Translations under genes and position numbers: made by a program
Part shown: positions 1-12,927 of the stretch, in pieces
How positions within the stretch are numbered: position 1 is the first letter of the stretch
How the letters are laid out: each line of letters begins with the position of its first letter
The notes under the pieces: model-generated
Databases searched by the model: none
The model's input: the letters and a program-made list of their open reading frames with translations, nothing else
Told to the model about the DNA's origin: nothing
Source of the DNA: Eledone cirrhosa
Lineage: Eukaryota
Assembly: GCA_964016885.1 (NCBI GenBank)
Contig: OZ024747.1
Span: 58,342,001 to 58,406,000 of the forward strand
Length of the DNA stretch: 64,000 nt
Reading direction: 5' to 3'

Positions 1-1177
1 TTGCCCGGGATCGAGTAGCATGCGCCCGTCGTGGTCCACCAAAGACCGGATCGTGGCTTTGTTGCCACGACGCGCCTCCGCCACTCGGGCCCATTGAACG
101 GCTTTCGTCCCCTCGTGTCTGAGAGCACGCACCCTAGCTCTGACAACGCAGCCTTCGTGCTTTGCATTGAAGAATTGGTCAAGGGCCAATTTCGCCGCAA
201 GTACGTCGGTCGCGATGCCTTTGCTAAGCGCCTCATCTAATTTTCTAAGTAATTCTCCCTCTGCTCTATTTTTCTCTATTGCTGAAGTCTTACTAAACCT
301 AATGGACTCTATTCTAATTGCTCTTTTCAGAGCAAACCACCACTTGTTGTTGACGATGGCCCCCGTCAACGCCCGCTTAACTAGTTCGCTAATCCGGTCT
401 CTGTAGGCCTTGCGCGCTGATAAGGACGCGTTTAGCTTCCAGTAGCCGGGTCCTTGTCTATGAAGCCTATCTAAGTCAAGCACACAGATCACGAATTTGT
501 GGTCCGTGTAGCTGACTATCTTGAATTGTGGACAGCCTATGCTAGACCTATCTATTTCCCTACAAAATACTCTATCTAGATATGATCTGGATGACCCTAT
601 GCGATTTGTCCAAGTCCACATTGGTACATTCGGGAAATCCATTCGGTACCTGTCAGACAGTTCAAAACGTCTGAGCAGGTTGGTGAGACTCTTGCACCCT
701 CCTTCCCTATCCACTAATCCCACACAATCCCAGCGTGCATCTAAGATCCCGTTCCAGTCGCCCACTAACACTAAAGAGCGGGACGTTCCAAGAAAGGTCT
801 CCAGACGCCGGAAGAAATCAGGCCGCCCTGCTCCTGTCGGGGCATAGACGGCCACTAACCTGAAAGCTTGCCCGTCTCCGCTGGTCACGTCCAGCACCAC
901 CAACTTACCTTCTGGGTCCAGGAAGATGGCCCGTATGGCAAGATCCAAACCTCTCCGAAAAAGCACAGCAACTCCTCCCCCCGATCCCGGACGGCTGGGA
1001 GATGAGTACACATCGTAGCCGCCGAAGATCGGTGCGAAAGCCTGTGCTTCGGAGATTCTGGTCTCGCTGATGGCCAGTACATCTATGTTTAGTGACCTGA
1101 GGTCGTTGAGCAGGTGGCCCTGCTTCCATGACGACCCCAAGCCACGCGCATTCATGCTGCCTATTCTGAGTGAGGTC
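1..1177 (-). CDS. LINE ORF2 N-terminus: apurinic-like endonuclease (APE) domain, open to the window edge
   Basis: Manual translation LRIGSMNARGL...DVLAISET...GGGVAVLF...LVAVYAP...LVGDWNGIL...SYLDRVF...YTDHKFV...GPGYWKLN; absent from the ORF track because it has no stop in the window. Confidence 0.9.
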
Positions 1178-1213
1178 CTGATGAAAAGGAGCGGAAAAGA
1201 TGGGAAAGACCAC

Positions 1214-3175
1214 TTACCTTACTTCTCGTAGGGGAAGGACGGTTTTTCCATCCTTTTCACTGCTTGTGGCCTCCTCAGGAAGGATGTCCTTATAAATCCT
1301 CCTGGAGAGTGCTTGTCGGAAGTCTCCGATGTCTTTGGGGAATTTTTGTTTTAGTGTCATGTACGTTTTCTGTGTGATGCGAGTGATTTGTATGTGTGGA
1401 GGTGGTGTGAATTTTGGGGTTGTTGTGTAGTCTTTTTCTGGGATGCTGGTGTTGTGTTGGATGTAGTGTAATAATTGCTTGTTGTTCAAATTTAATGCTG
1501 TGTAGTGTGTATCGTTTTGGTTGTTTTGTTTTGTTTGCGTTTGTTGTGGGTTTGTTTCTGTTTCGCATTTTGGTGACTTTTGTGGTGTAGGTGATGGTGG
1601 TGTTGGGGTTAATGATGGTGATGGTGTTGGTGTTTGGGTTGATGGGGTTGGTGATGCTAGTGTGGATGGTGGCATATCTGTCCTAACTTTTTTGTTTCTT
1701 AATTTATTTGTTTCCCTCTGTATTTTGTTTTTGGAGGGGGAAGGAAGAGAATTTTTTTCTTTTTTGGTTTCTTTTTTTTTTTCGGATATCGTTTCCCACT
1801 CCTCGTCGTCACAATCTGTCTCCAGTTGTGATAGGCCGGGGAGTGGAAAATCCTCCACAGCCGTTATTTTTGGTTGTGTCGTGGTGGATGGTGTAGGCGC
1901 TGGTGCTAGTTCTGAAGCGTTGGGTGGTGGTGGTGTTGGTTTTGCTGGTGGTGGTGTTGGTGTTGGTTTTGCTACTGTTGCTGGGGTTGTTGCTGTTATA
2001 GTTGCTTCAGTTGTTGCTGCTACAGTTGTTGCTGCCATCTCTGCTACTGGTGGTGTTGATGGTTGTGTCACTGGGGTGGGTAGGAGAGGTGGCCTCAACC
2101 TTTTAGCCTGAGGGCAGAAAGCCCTTAGGTGGGTTCCTTCACCACAAACGACACACCTAGGTCTTCTGCCCTCGACAATTACCGTGAGGTGGCTGCCGTC
2201 AGTGAGGTCTATTACCTCTGGGATCTCCTCAATGCTTTTTTGGTCCGCTTGGATCAGGAGCTCCATCCCAGATCCGGACGAGTTTTCCTGCTTTTCTTTT
2301 GCTATTGCTATTATTTTCGAGTTGGCTTCGATGCCGGCGAGGACGGCCGCTATTAGCCAGGGAATTTCGATGGCCGGTGGAACGTGGGTCACCCTGATCT
2401 TTACGAGTCTCTGGCCACAATAGCTTGGGACGAGTGTGAAGTCGTCACTTTTTAATGGGGCCATGGAGTGTTCTCTAGCCTCCTCTGGTGTTTCAAAGAA
2501 CACGTCCACGGTTCCATACTTTTGCCCACGTCTGATGTGGGTTTTTCTTGCCCACACATGTCCCAAAGCTTTTTGGATTTGGGACTCGGATGCCCGTTCC
2601 ACTCGGCGCGATTTTACATTTATTGTTCTATACGACACGGTGCATAGGCGCCGATGCTCCATTTTATTAGGTGGGGGGGGGTGAGGCTGACCCTGTACCC
2701 ATCTTTCTTTACCATTTGTTTGGCATTTTCTAAATCTTCCTGAGTTACGCTAAATGCTTCGAATTGTTTTGCTACTCTGGCAAAACTGAGGGGGGGGGGT
2801 TATAATGTCATTGTTGTTGTTGTTGCTATCGTTAATATTAATTTTAGTTTCAGTTGTGGTGGTGGTGACGTCAGTCGTCTTTGGTGGGGAAGAGTCCATT
2901 TTGCTTGATTTCATTTCGACATCACGAGTTAATTTATTTTTTTCTTCTTTTGTTTCTGTTGTCGCGGTGGTGGTGGTGGTGGAGGCTTTAACACCTGCAG
3001 TCATTGGTAATGGCGGGAAATGAATGTCTGCCTGAGACAAATTTAAAATATTGCTACTGCTTATATTTTTTTTTGTGTTGGCAAACGTAGTAACATTTAC
3101 AATGGTGGTGTCGGTGTGAGGTGTTATTTTGTGAGGAAGGCTTTCAGCTGCTTCGTGCAGAGGTGAAGTAGCCAT
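1214..3175 (-). CDS. LINE ORF1 (nucleic-acid binding, CCHC zinc knuckle, Pro/Thr-rich); intact 1214-2662, probable N-terminal extension to 3175 across two homopolymer frameshifts
   Basis: CVVCGEGTHLRAFC knuckle; ORFs 2750-3175 and 1214-2662 are in the same frame and join if G10 (2790-2799) loses one base and G9 (2673-2681) gains one. Confidence 0.8.
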
Positions 3176-3410
3176 TTATTTTCAAAGAAATTTTTTGATA
3201 ATAATAAAAGTTAAAAATTTTGGGCACAAGGCCCCAATCTTTTTGGGTGTCCTTTTCGGAAAACAATGTATGTGTGCTTATAAACAGTTAACAATAACAT
3301 TTTCCATAAATGGCAATTTTTAACAAACGGAAATAACAAACCTTTGCGGAGCTCACGATGATACGATTTACTACGTAAGTCGCCAATAATAATAATAATA
3401 ATAATAATAA

Positions 3411-5510
3411 TGATTTCTTTATTGGCCATCAAGAAAAACATCACAGACGGAACAGGACGGTACGATGTGGGTTTTGTGCGTGTAAATAGTTTTATTATTT
3501 ATATAAGAAAAGAAAAAAAAGACAAAACATATATATATATAAATAATAAAATGAACATTGAAACAATGAAAAATTCCCCAATAGGAGGGAAACCTCCGAG
3601 GGTTACTCGTGGCGAAAACCACACGAAAGACCACGGCCACCCTGACTACCAGGGCAAGAGCCCTCTCTCAATTTTTCCATCTCTCAAACTACAGACGTAT
3701 ATTCACTCGGACCATTCTCGCTACATTCACCCACCTTTCAACAAACTTGCTAGAAAGCAGCACTTGCCTCTCCACCCTGATTTTCCTCTTCAAGTGAAAC
3801 TTGAAAAAGTTAATTAGGGATTCGCCGAAGAGGAAAGTGTTTGTCTTTAATCCTTTTAACCTTGTCCACCACACAATCACTTTCGCCATGGCCACCAGGC
3901 TGATGAAAACCGCCTGCCCTTCCTGCTCGAAGGAAGACGGCGAGACCATCTGCACAATGGACTCAGTCGACAACCGGATCAATCCCACACGCGACAGCAA
4001 CTGTTCGACATAGCTCCACAAGTCAGCGATGCTCGGGCACTGAACGAGTGCGTGCACAACGGTTTCGTCGCTATGCGTGCATCTCGAACAGGCTTGGCTG
4101 ACGGCACTTCCGTGCCTGTAGAGCTTATCTCGAACCGGCAACGCTCCGTCCCCGGTAGCACTGCCAGGCCAGGGATTTGGGGAAGTTATCCATAGGCCCC
4201 GGGCTGAAAGTTCTCCGGAAGAGAGCAAACAGCTGATCTTCTTCGACGCCCAGGATCTCGTCGTCGCTCTTCCCCTCCACTAGTCCTCTATAGAACGCCG
4301 AGGTGGATGTTCCACTGATACTGGTGCCCAACTGGGAGAGGGCAGTGAGCACCTGGAGACATTACCGTTTCCAATCACTATCCCTCGGTCTTTTTCTGAC
4401 CCAAGACTGCAGCGACGTCAAGGAGACGAGCTGTGGGAAAATGTGCCTGGCGAACGGCGACCACACCTATTCACCGTCAAGGAAGCACCAGAGATGTCGC
4501 AGCCTCAGCGCATGTTTGCGCATCATCAGCCATGGCATGCCCAGTCCTCCACGCAACGGGTGTTGACAGCAGATGGATCGTCTGACCATGGGAGCGCGTC
4601 CCTTCCACAAAAAGCGGAAGAGGAGGCGCTCCATTTTGGTGAGAGTTGGGCTGGAGCAAGATACGACGGTGAGGCGGTAGCAGATGACGGATACGATGAA
4701 CGCAGCGCCACTTCCGCCCGGCCTTTCAGGGACAGCTTCCTCTCAGCCCATTTCTGGGTGAGGGAGGCCACCCTGCTCGTCACCTCGTTCCAGTTTTTCT
4801 CCATCTGGAGGTCCGGTCCGAACCAGACCCCGAGCAATTTAACCGGTCCGTCCGTCCAACGCCCCACGACGCTGTCGGACGGCATGGATTTGCCTCTCCA
4901 GGCGTCTAGTTGCAAGCCCACCAATTTTTCCTGGTTTATCTTTGCTCCTGTCACCGCTTCGTATTCCTTGAGAGCAGTGCCGAGCATCTGGACGTGTCTG
5001 GTGCTCGACACCACCATGGTGACGTCGTCAGCGTAAGCCGACTCGGATCTCCCGCATCCTAGTTCGCGTGGGACGCCCCTCATCGCCCCCAGTTTGTGAA
5101 GTAACGGCTCGAGAGCCAATACGTACAAGAGGGACGAGAGGGAACAACCCTGGCGGACTGAGCGCATGATGCTGAACGGCTGCGACAGGTGACTGTTCAC
5201 CCTCACAACTGAGCAGATGTCGCTGAACATTGCTGCGATCCAACGCCTGAAAACGGCTGCCCCGAGGACCACCGCCAGGTACCGATGGTCGACTCTATCG
5301 AATGCTTTGGATTGATCCAAGTTGATCAGGGCCCTACCCTTGCCAGGTCCCTTAACCACCCTGTCTATGATGTATCGCATGAGGTGGAGGTTGTCGTGTA
5401 TGGATCTGTCCGGAATGGCGCATGTCTGCGCCTCTCCCACCAGACTCTTGACGACAAGCGCCAACCTCGTTGCTAACACCTTGGGCAAAATCTTGAACTC
5501 TGCGTTTAGT
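3411..5510 (-). pseudogene. 5'-truncated, frameshifted Tx1-clade LINE (RT, C-terminal CCHC, 3'UTR, (TAT)n tail)
   Basis: LNAEFKILPKVLATRL, LDQSKAFDRVDH, VRQGCSLS, SAYADDVT, CSRC...ETVVHALVQC; tail at 3386-3410. Confidence 0.9.
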
Positions 5511-6086
5511 GAAACACCATATTTTCAAGGAGGAGGCAAGCCCACTCTGTAGGATCTGTGGAGAGAGAGAGAGAGAGAGGGAGGAGACTATGGCTCACAT
5601 TGTATCCGAGCCAGAGTCGGTGATAGAAAACGATCAGGTGAAGGTGCTATGGGATTTTAGGATACAGACGGATAAGAAACTGGAACATAATAGGCCTGAC
5701 CTGGTGGCTTTGGACAAGGAAAAAAGATCGTGCCTGATTGTAGATGTAGCCTGCCCATTTGACACGAGAGTGCAAGAAAGGGAGAGGGAGAAAATTAACC
5801 GATACCAGGACTTAAAGTGGGAGGTAAAAAGGATTTGGAACTGCCATGAGGTCAAAGTGGTCCCGATTGTCATAGGCGCACAAGGTATTATCTCAAAGAG
5901 TTTCCAATGATGGTTAAAGAAGGGTAGTCCAGCCCCGCTTTTTGGAACACTTCAAAAGGCATGCTTGCTGGGAATAGCAAGAACGCTCCAATACGTCCTG
6001 AATATCTGAGGCTGCTGGTAGCGGCTTGATATTAATTTCAACAAACTTTCCAGTTAAATAACATCAATGACTGAGACTCAAAGAAC
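5509..6086 (+). mobile_element. 3' fragment of an R4/Dong-type (RLE) non-LTR retrotransposon
   Basis: CRICGE...ETMAHIVS (partial CCHC), VLWDFRIQTDKKLEHNRPDLV...IVDVACPFD...EKINRYQDL...VVPIVIGAQG restriction-like endonuclease; followed by (TAA)n. Confidence 0.85.
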
Positions 6087-6092
6087 AATAAC

Positions 6093-6161
<69 letters not shown>
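6087..6161. repeat. (TAA)n microsatellite shared as tail/target by the RLE element and Tx1 copy 3
   Basis: About 25 AAT units. Confidence 0.95.
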
Positions 6162-6162
<1 letters not shown>

Positions 6163-7244
6163 CTGTCTTTATTAACCACAAGGGTTTACACAGAGTAACA
6201 AAAAAAGAAACAATGAAACATTCCCCAATAGAGGGAGACTTCCGAGGGTCATCGTGGAGAAAGCCCATTAAAAAAGCCACGGTGACTCTGACCACCAGGG
6301 CAAGTGCCCTCTCCCAGTTTTCCACCTTCAATTTGCAGGCACATACTCAGAGTACGGCCCATTCTTCCTTCTCTCAACCATTTTTCAACAAAATGCTGGG
6401 AAGAGAGCACTTCCCTCTCTAACCTGATTCTCCTTTTCAAATGAAATTTGAAAAAGTTAATCAGCGAAGAGGTAAGTGCTCGTCTTCAGCCCTTTCAAAG
6501 TGTCCACCATACTATCTCTTTCGCCATGGCCAACAGACAGATAGAAACTGCCTGCCCTTTCCTGCTAAAGGAAGAGGGTGGGGTAATCCTCACGATAGAC
6601 TCAGATGATAGCCGGATCCGCCCTACACGCGACAGCAGGTGTTCGACATAAACCCACAAGTCAACAATGCTCGGACATTGGACGAGTGCGTGCAGGACGG
6701 TTTCGTCGCCCTGCGCGCATCTCGGACATGCCCGGCTGACGGCACCACAGTTGCCTGTAAAGTTTATCCCGAACTGGCAATGCTCCTCGGTAGCACTGCC
6801 AGGCCAGGGATTTCTGGAAGTTGCCCATAGGCCCCGGCCCGAAAGTACTTCCGAAGAGATTGGCTAGTTGATTTTCGTCGACGCCTAGAGTTTCCCCAAG
6901 TACGTCGTCGCTCTTCCCCTCCAATAATCCTCTATAGAACGCCAAGGTGGAGTTTCCACCGATCACATTACCCGATTGGTCGAGGGCTGTGAGCGCCTGA
7001 AGAGATTCCAGTCTCCAAGAGCTCCCTCTCGGTCTTCGCTTGTCCTTCAAGGAGACGAGCTGGGGAAAGACGCGTCTATCAAACGGCGACCACACCTGAT
7101 CACCGTCGAGGAAGTGGTGGAGATGTCGTAGCCTGAGCGTGTGTCTACGCATCATCAGTCACGGCATGCCCAGCACACCACGTAGCGGGTGTTGACAGCA
7201 GATGGACCGCCTGACCATCGGAGCGCGTCCCTTCCACAAAAAGT
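6162..7244 (-). pseudogene. Second 5'-truncated Tx1-clade 3' fragment, paralogous to 3550-4610
   Basis: Shared peptides FYRGL(L/V)EGKSDD, F(Q/P)KSLAWQCYRG, LPVRDKLYR and similar 3'UTR. Confidence 0.88.
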
Positions 7245-7405
7245 GTTCTCAACCTTACCGCTGTTATTGTTGTGGCTGTTGTTATTGTCATTGTTATTGT
7301 CGTTCTCAACCTTACCGCTGTTATTGTTGTTGTGGCTGTTGTTATTGTCATTGTTATTGTCGTTCTCAACCTTACCGCTGTTATTTTTGTTTTTGCTGTT
7401 GTTAT
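7245..7405. repeat. Three tandem 57-60-bp units (gttctcaaccttaccgctgttattgttg...) built on TTG/TTA repeats
   Basis: Unit starts at 7245, 7302 and 7362. Confidence 0.85.
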
Positions 7406-9260
7406 TGAAGGTGTTGTTGGTGCTATTTATATTTCCGTTGAATGTTGCTCTTAGCACTGAGTTTATACCTTCCATATTCCATAAATATCCTGATATACAA
7501 TATAAACATTCTTATTATATATAGAAAGTCATCATGGATGCTATTTACATTTTACATTTTTCATTATCCGCGACGACACAAGTGATTAAAAACATCGATT
7601 GCGCCATTTATTACTTATTCACGAAAGAGGTTTGCAGCGAAGCATTTTAATATTGTTTCATTTAAAATATTCTTTTATAATGCCATATATGTGGAATATT
7701 TGCCGTTACCCATGTTGTCATGAAATTATAAATATGTTCCATACATCTTTTACAACCATGAAAAATTGCAATGCTAAATGAATCACCGTAAATTAGTTAA
7801 CCTGCTTATTTTGATTATATAGAAAGTTTTAAAAGTTTGAAACTTTTCTCCCTGCTTAATAATAAGCTAATTTTTTTCGGTGTAATTCGGTGCTTCACTT
7901 GAAATAGTTTCTAATTGGATTATATCTCTTACAATATTTCAGATAAATACCCTATTCAAAGTTTATATCATTTTTGTGTTTCAATTGATATAGTTTCTAT
8001 TTTGATCATGATATCCCTTACACGACTTTAGACAAATAACCGAGTCTAAGTTTATTTCATGACATAGACAAAGAAGATGTTTCCATGACATTTCTACGTT
8101 CTCCAAAACTGATGGGATTCATGTGATTGGAGTTCAAGTGAGTCTGACCTTAAACAGTTCTTAATATCAGGCACTTTACTCTAGACGTATATCAAATGCT
8201 CTCCTTGTTCTCCCAACATTGAAATCATTAACATATACATATCTCTGACCTTGTATGTCAAACCTTTTATCGTACTATTATGAAAATATATTTGTAATAT
8301 TTGTTATATTCAATACGGAATCAAAGAAACCTATTAGGGGAGTAATCTGCAGTGATATGCATTTCTGTTGTATCTCCTATATTCACCCGTGAGTTTAAGT
8401 GCAGTGACCTCGAGATAACGTAGAATCTTCTCATGTCAGCAATTCTTAAGAGAGGGGAAATTTCTCTCAGTGAGAACATTTAATGTTTCCACAGGTGAGA
8501 TTTTTATAGTCCACTAACGGAATTGATTATAAATTGTAAACTTTTAAATCGTTATTTGCAATGAGCTTGCTAGATTTATTTTGCTTAAAATTGATTTTAG
8601 TGTTAATTTAATATAAGGGTGTCAATGTTATGTGATATATTATGTTGTGTAGAAGACTACTGAATTTAAATTAATTTCAGGACTTTATATAATGCAATAA
8701 ATTTTGTTCTACTCCTTCTCCTTTCCTAAAAATACATTTATTCTGCTATGCGTTGGAAAATACACTAACATATTTTAGAAACTGTATTCCATTTTCCGAA
8801 TCAACTTGTTAGAAATATAAGGTATAATTCCTTTTCTAAACCACCGTTTATCTGTGTCGAAAAACTAAATTACGGATGGGATTTTCAAAGAAACGTATCA
8901 TTACGGTCTCATATAATTAGCACTAGATTACATGCATTTTGTATATTATCTTGGTGAGGTTATTTGGGAATTGCTCAGCAGAATATCCATTGGAAGCCTT
9001 AACGTACTTTGGTCCATTTTCGCCGATGTAGTCTGTGTACTTCATGTATTCGAGGTCCATAAAATAATTGAACTAAATAGATATACTCGATTACACCACT
9101 TCCAACAAAATACCAAGCATTTTTTCATTGTTAATACTTTCTTTTTCACTTAGATTTAATCCTTCTTGTATATGTATATGTATGTATATATATATATATA
9201 TATGTATATGTGGGTATATATATATGTGTGTGTACATCTATGTATATGTATGCGTGTATG

Positions 9261-9401
<141 letters not shown>

Positions 9402-9449
9402 TCTCATATATATATATATGAGAGTATATACATATATATTTGTATATAT

Positions 9450-12429
9450 ATCTATCTATCTATCTAAGGCTGGTAAAATTCCCGAGATCCATGGACGAGT
9501 TCTCTCCAGCGGTCTCTGTCCCTCATTATCGCTGCATCTCCTGCATCTCCAACAGACCAGTGTCTGTCCTTAGGGCATCAACATATGTTAACCTTGGTCT
9601 TCCTCTTCTAGTGTGTCCACGTAGGGGCTCCCAAAGGAGCACTGAGTGCAATGTCAACTCTGGATGCCGGTGAGCATGTCCAGCCAACATCAGTCTTCTC
9701 TGTGTCACTTTTGAGCTGACTTTTGGGATGCTCCCATACAGCTCTGAGTTTTTCATCCTCAGTGTATACTGATTAATGTTCAGAGCCATCCTCAGCATTC
9801 TCGTGTAGCACCCATCCACCATCTGAGTGAGTCTCTTGGTCAGTGTCCAAGTCTCAGACCCATACAGCAGCACAGACTCCACTACAGCAATGAAGAGGCG
9901 GATTTTCAGGTCTCTACGAGGGTCCGACTTCCACACCGATCTCAAGCTGTGACACGCCGCCCAGGCCTTGCTCTTCCTCTCAACCACATCATCTTCCGCA
10001 TTCCCAATCTTTGCTCCCAAATACAGGAAGTCCTCAACCAATTCCAGCGGCTTCCCGCCTACATTAGTGATCCCCTCTGGCTTCTCAATATTCTCTACCA
10101 GATATTTTGTTTTAGTCTCATTCATTCTCAGCCCCACACTCATCGACACAGTCTCAACCTCCCGCATCAAATCCTCTGCCTCCTTCACTGTATTTGTCAC
10201 CAAAACTATGTCGTCGGCAAACTCAGCATCCGATACCTTTTTCGCCCCAACTCTCCTGCTCTGAGCCGGTGCTACAGTAAAGCCAGAGTCCTGGTGTTTC
10301 TCCAGTGCAAGGCGCATACAATAGTCCACTACGATGATAAAAAGGTAGGGAGCCAGTGTATCTCCCTGGAGCACTCCAGCCAGTATCTCAAAGAACTCTG
10401 TCATCCCATCAGGTGTAATGACTTGGGCTTTGGTGTTGGTGTAGAGCAGTGATATCAGGTCCACTATCCTCTTGGGGATTCCATAAGCCTGTAAGATCTT
10501 CATCAGGCAGTAACGGTCCACAGAATCAAAGGCCTTCCTAAAGTCAATGAAAACCATGACCGCAGGAAGGCACTTTGCTCTAGCTCCCTCTAATATCCTC
10601 CTCAGCATCAGGATGTGACTGGTGGTTGATCTACCCTCTCTGAAGCCGTTCTGGTTGTCCCTGAGCTTCTTCTCCATCTCAGGCTGGATCCTGTTAAGAA
10701 TCATCCTGTTGAGGGTCTTTGCCACAAGTGACGTCAGTGAGATCCCCCAGTAGTTGTTGGTGTTAGAGGATCTCCCTTCTTTGGCACTGGGACGATGTTA
10801 CTGATCCTCCACTGATTCGGGGCAACTCCTTTCTCCAGTGCCCCGTTACAGAACCCCAGGATGATATCATCAAAATCACACCTCTTCATCACCTCTGATG
10901 CCACTCCATCTTCTCCATGAGCCTTGCCCTCCTTGATCTTCTTCTTGGCTCTCTGAAGCTCCTCTCTGGTGAAGGGCTCTGTCTCAACATCCAGTTCCTC
11001 AAACAGCCGCCTGATCTCCCCAGTGATCTCGGCTGTGGAGGGTGGCTCTCCTAGTAGGGTCCTAAAATGGTCTAGCCATTTCCTCTTCCTATCCTCGGGC
11101 CTCGTTCCCTGGATCTGACTCGAACACCTTTTCTTCCTCCCTGTGATCTCGTTGATGATCATCCAGCTCTCCTTACATCCAGATCTGTCAACCGCTCTCT
11201 CCACACTTCTGATCTTCTCTATCAGTGCCTCCTCTCTGACCTCAGTGTAAGCGGTACAGAGCTCTTCCCTCATCACCTCCACAGTCTCCATCCTCTCCTC
11301 CGTAGGATCAGCATAGAATTGGTCCCTGGCAGCTTTCAGGTGTTCTCTGGCTGCACACACATTTGGGTTTGCAGAGCTGACGTGCTTCCCTTTGTTCTTT
11401 TTCCTCGGCACCAGGGTTTCACTTGCTCTCGCCACTGCATTGGTGAAGTGCCCGTACCTCCTCGTCACACTCTCCTCAGTCCATCCAATCTCTCTCTCCT
11501 CTGACTCTCCACACAGAGCACTAAACCTGTTTCTCACTTCCACTGTGAACCTCTCCTGTAGCTTATCATCTTCCTTGAAAGCTCCGCAGTCATAGATTGT
11601 TCTCCGGGGCTGAGCCTTGCTCTTTCTTAAGCTCACGCGGACCTCACTCATAACAAGCCGGTGCTCACTACCTAGTGTACTGAAATAGCTGTATGGTTCC
11701 GTGTTCAGAACACTATTCCGCCACTTTTTCCTCACCAGAATGAAATCAATCTGGGACTTGGACAGGTGCATATCTGAGATGTAGGTCCACATCTTCCCCA
11801 GATTCTTCCTAAACCTTAGGTTGGTCGCCATCAAGTTCGCCTCCAGCAGGGTGTCTCTCAGTAGTCTTCCATTTCGGTTGGTGTTGTTATGGAAGTACCA
11901 GCAAGGATCTTCACTGCCCTCCTTCCTCAGATGTGCATTGAAGTCCCCCAAAACAAGCAGGATATTGTGTGCCTGAGTGGTGTTGACAGCTCTACACACC
12001 TCCTCATGGAACTCCTCGGCATTCACATCACTGTCCCCCTCGGTTGGACTATAGGCTGAGATGACTGTCAGTCTTGGGTTTCCATTGAAGGTCACCCTCA
12101 ACACTCGCGGGGAGATAGGCATTATTTCCCTCACCAACAGATTGGTTTTTGCACTGAACACAAAACCCACTCCTCCTACTGCAACATTTGTTGTGTTCTT
12201 CACTGCCGATGTAGTGATGAGCTGGCTCTTCCTCCCGATCATCACACTCCTCACGGGCTCATCGTGTAGAATCCTGTGTTCTTGGATCGCAAGTATCTGT
12301 ATACCACTCTCCTCGAACAGATGTCCCAACTCCTCTCTCTTCTCCAGCGTTCGAATAGTCCTCACATTCAAAGTGCCCATTTTGATGGCTCTTCTGCAGG
12401 ACAAAACTGCATTCTTTATATTTGTCTCT

Positions 12430-12430
<1 letters not shown>
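9450..12430 (-). mobile_element. RTE-clade LINE, near full length (APE+RT), one frameshift, inserted in a (TA)n tract, (AGAT)n tail
   Basis: KMGTLNVRT, LAIQEHR, LGDFNAH, QIDFILV; RT FIDFRKAFD, GVLQGDTLAPYLF, EFADDIVL; RRGRP C-terminus; 1-bp deletion near 10770 in KKGDLSNTNNYWGISL. Confidence 0.92.
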
Positions 12431-12471
<41 letters not shown>

Positions 12472-12554
12472 CTCTCATATATATATATATATATATATAG
12501 ATATATATATGTATGTATGTGTATGTATATATATATATGTGTGTGTGTGTGTAT

Positions 12555-12600
<46 letters not shown>

Positions 12601-12615
12601 GTATGTATGTGTGTA

Positions 12616-12656
<41 letters not shown>

Positions 12657-12658
<2 letters not shown>

Positions 12659-12762
12659 CGAAGGAAATGTGGTAAGGAACCAGGTGGACCATAACGCACC
12701 AAAGTACTCAATACTTAGGGTAGTAGAGTGGGTAATAGGAACAAGTAAGACCCCGACGGCTG
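12657..12762 (-). mobile_element. 3' tail fragment of PLE-end family C (copy of 24915-25020)
   Basis: Near-identical reverse complement of 24915-25020; next to (TA)n. Confidence 0.8.
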
Positions 12763-12927
12763 TATATGGGTGTATATGTATGTGTGTATATAATTATATG
12801 TGTATATGTATATATGTGTGCATACGTGTATATATTTGTATGTGTGTGTATGTATGTATGTATAATATATATATATATATGGGGGGGGGGGGGTGCGTGT
12901 GTATCTGTGTTTGTGAATGTGTTTGTT

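Larger units (their letters stand above)
1..3385 (-). mobile_element. Tx1/L1-clade non-LTR retrotransposon, 5' portion (5'UTR, ORF1, start of ORF2); continues beyond window start
   Basis: Gag-like ORF1 with a CCHC knuckle followed by an open APE-endonuclease frame; 5' end abuts (ATA)n at 3386-3410. Confidence 0.9.

Noticed and set aside
1174-1211. Plus-strand ggtc-CTGATGA...GAAA-gacc resembling an HHR
   Set aside because: No stem II pairing, no stem III and no UH cleavage site; it is the complement of the polypyrimidine tract.
1521-2684. Plus-strand ORFs over LINE ORF1
   Set aside because: Antisense shadows of low-complexity coding sequence.
10734-12692. 652-aa ORF as a single protein from 12692
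   Set aside because: The N-terminal ~88 codons are family C tail and TA/CA repeat; real coding starts near 12430-12385.
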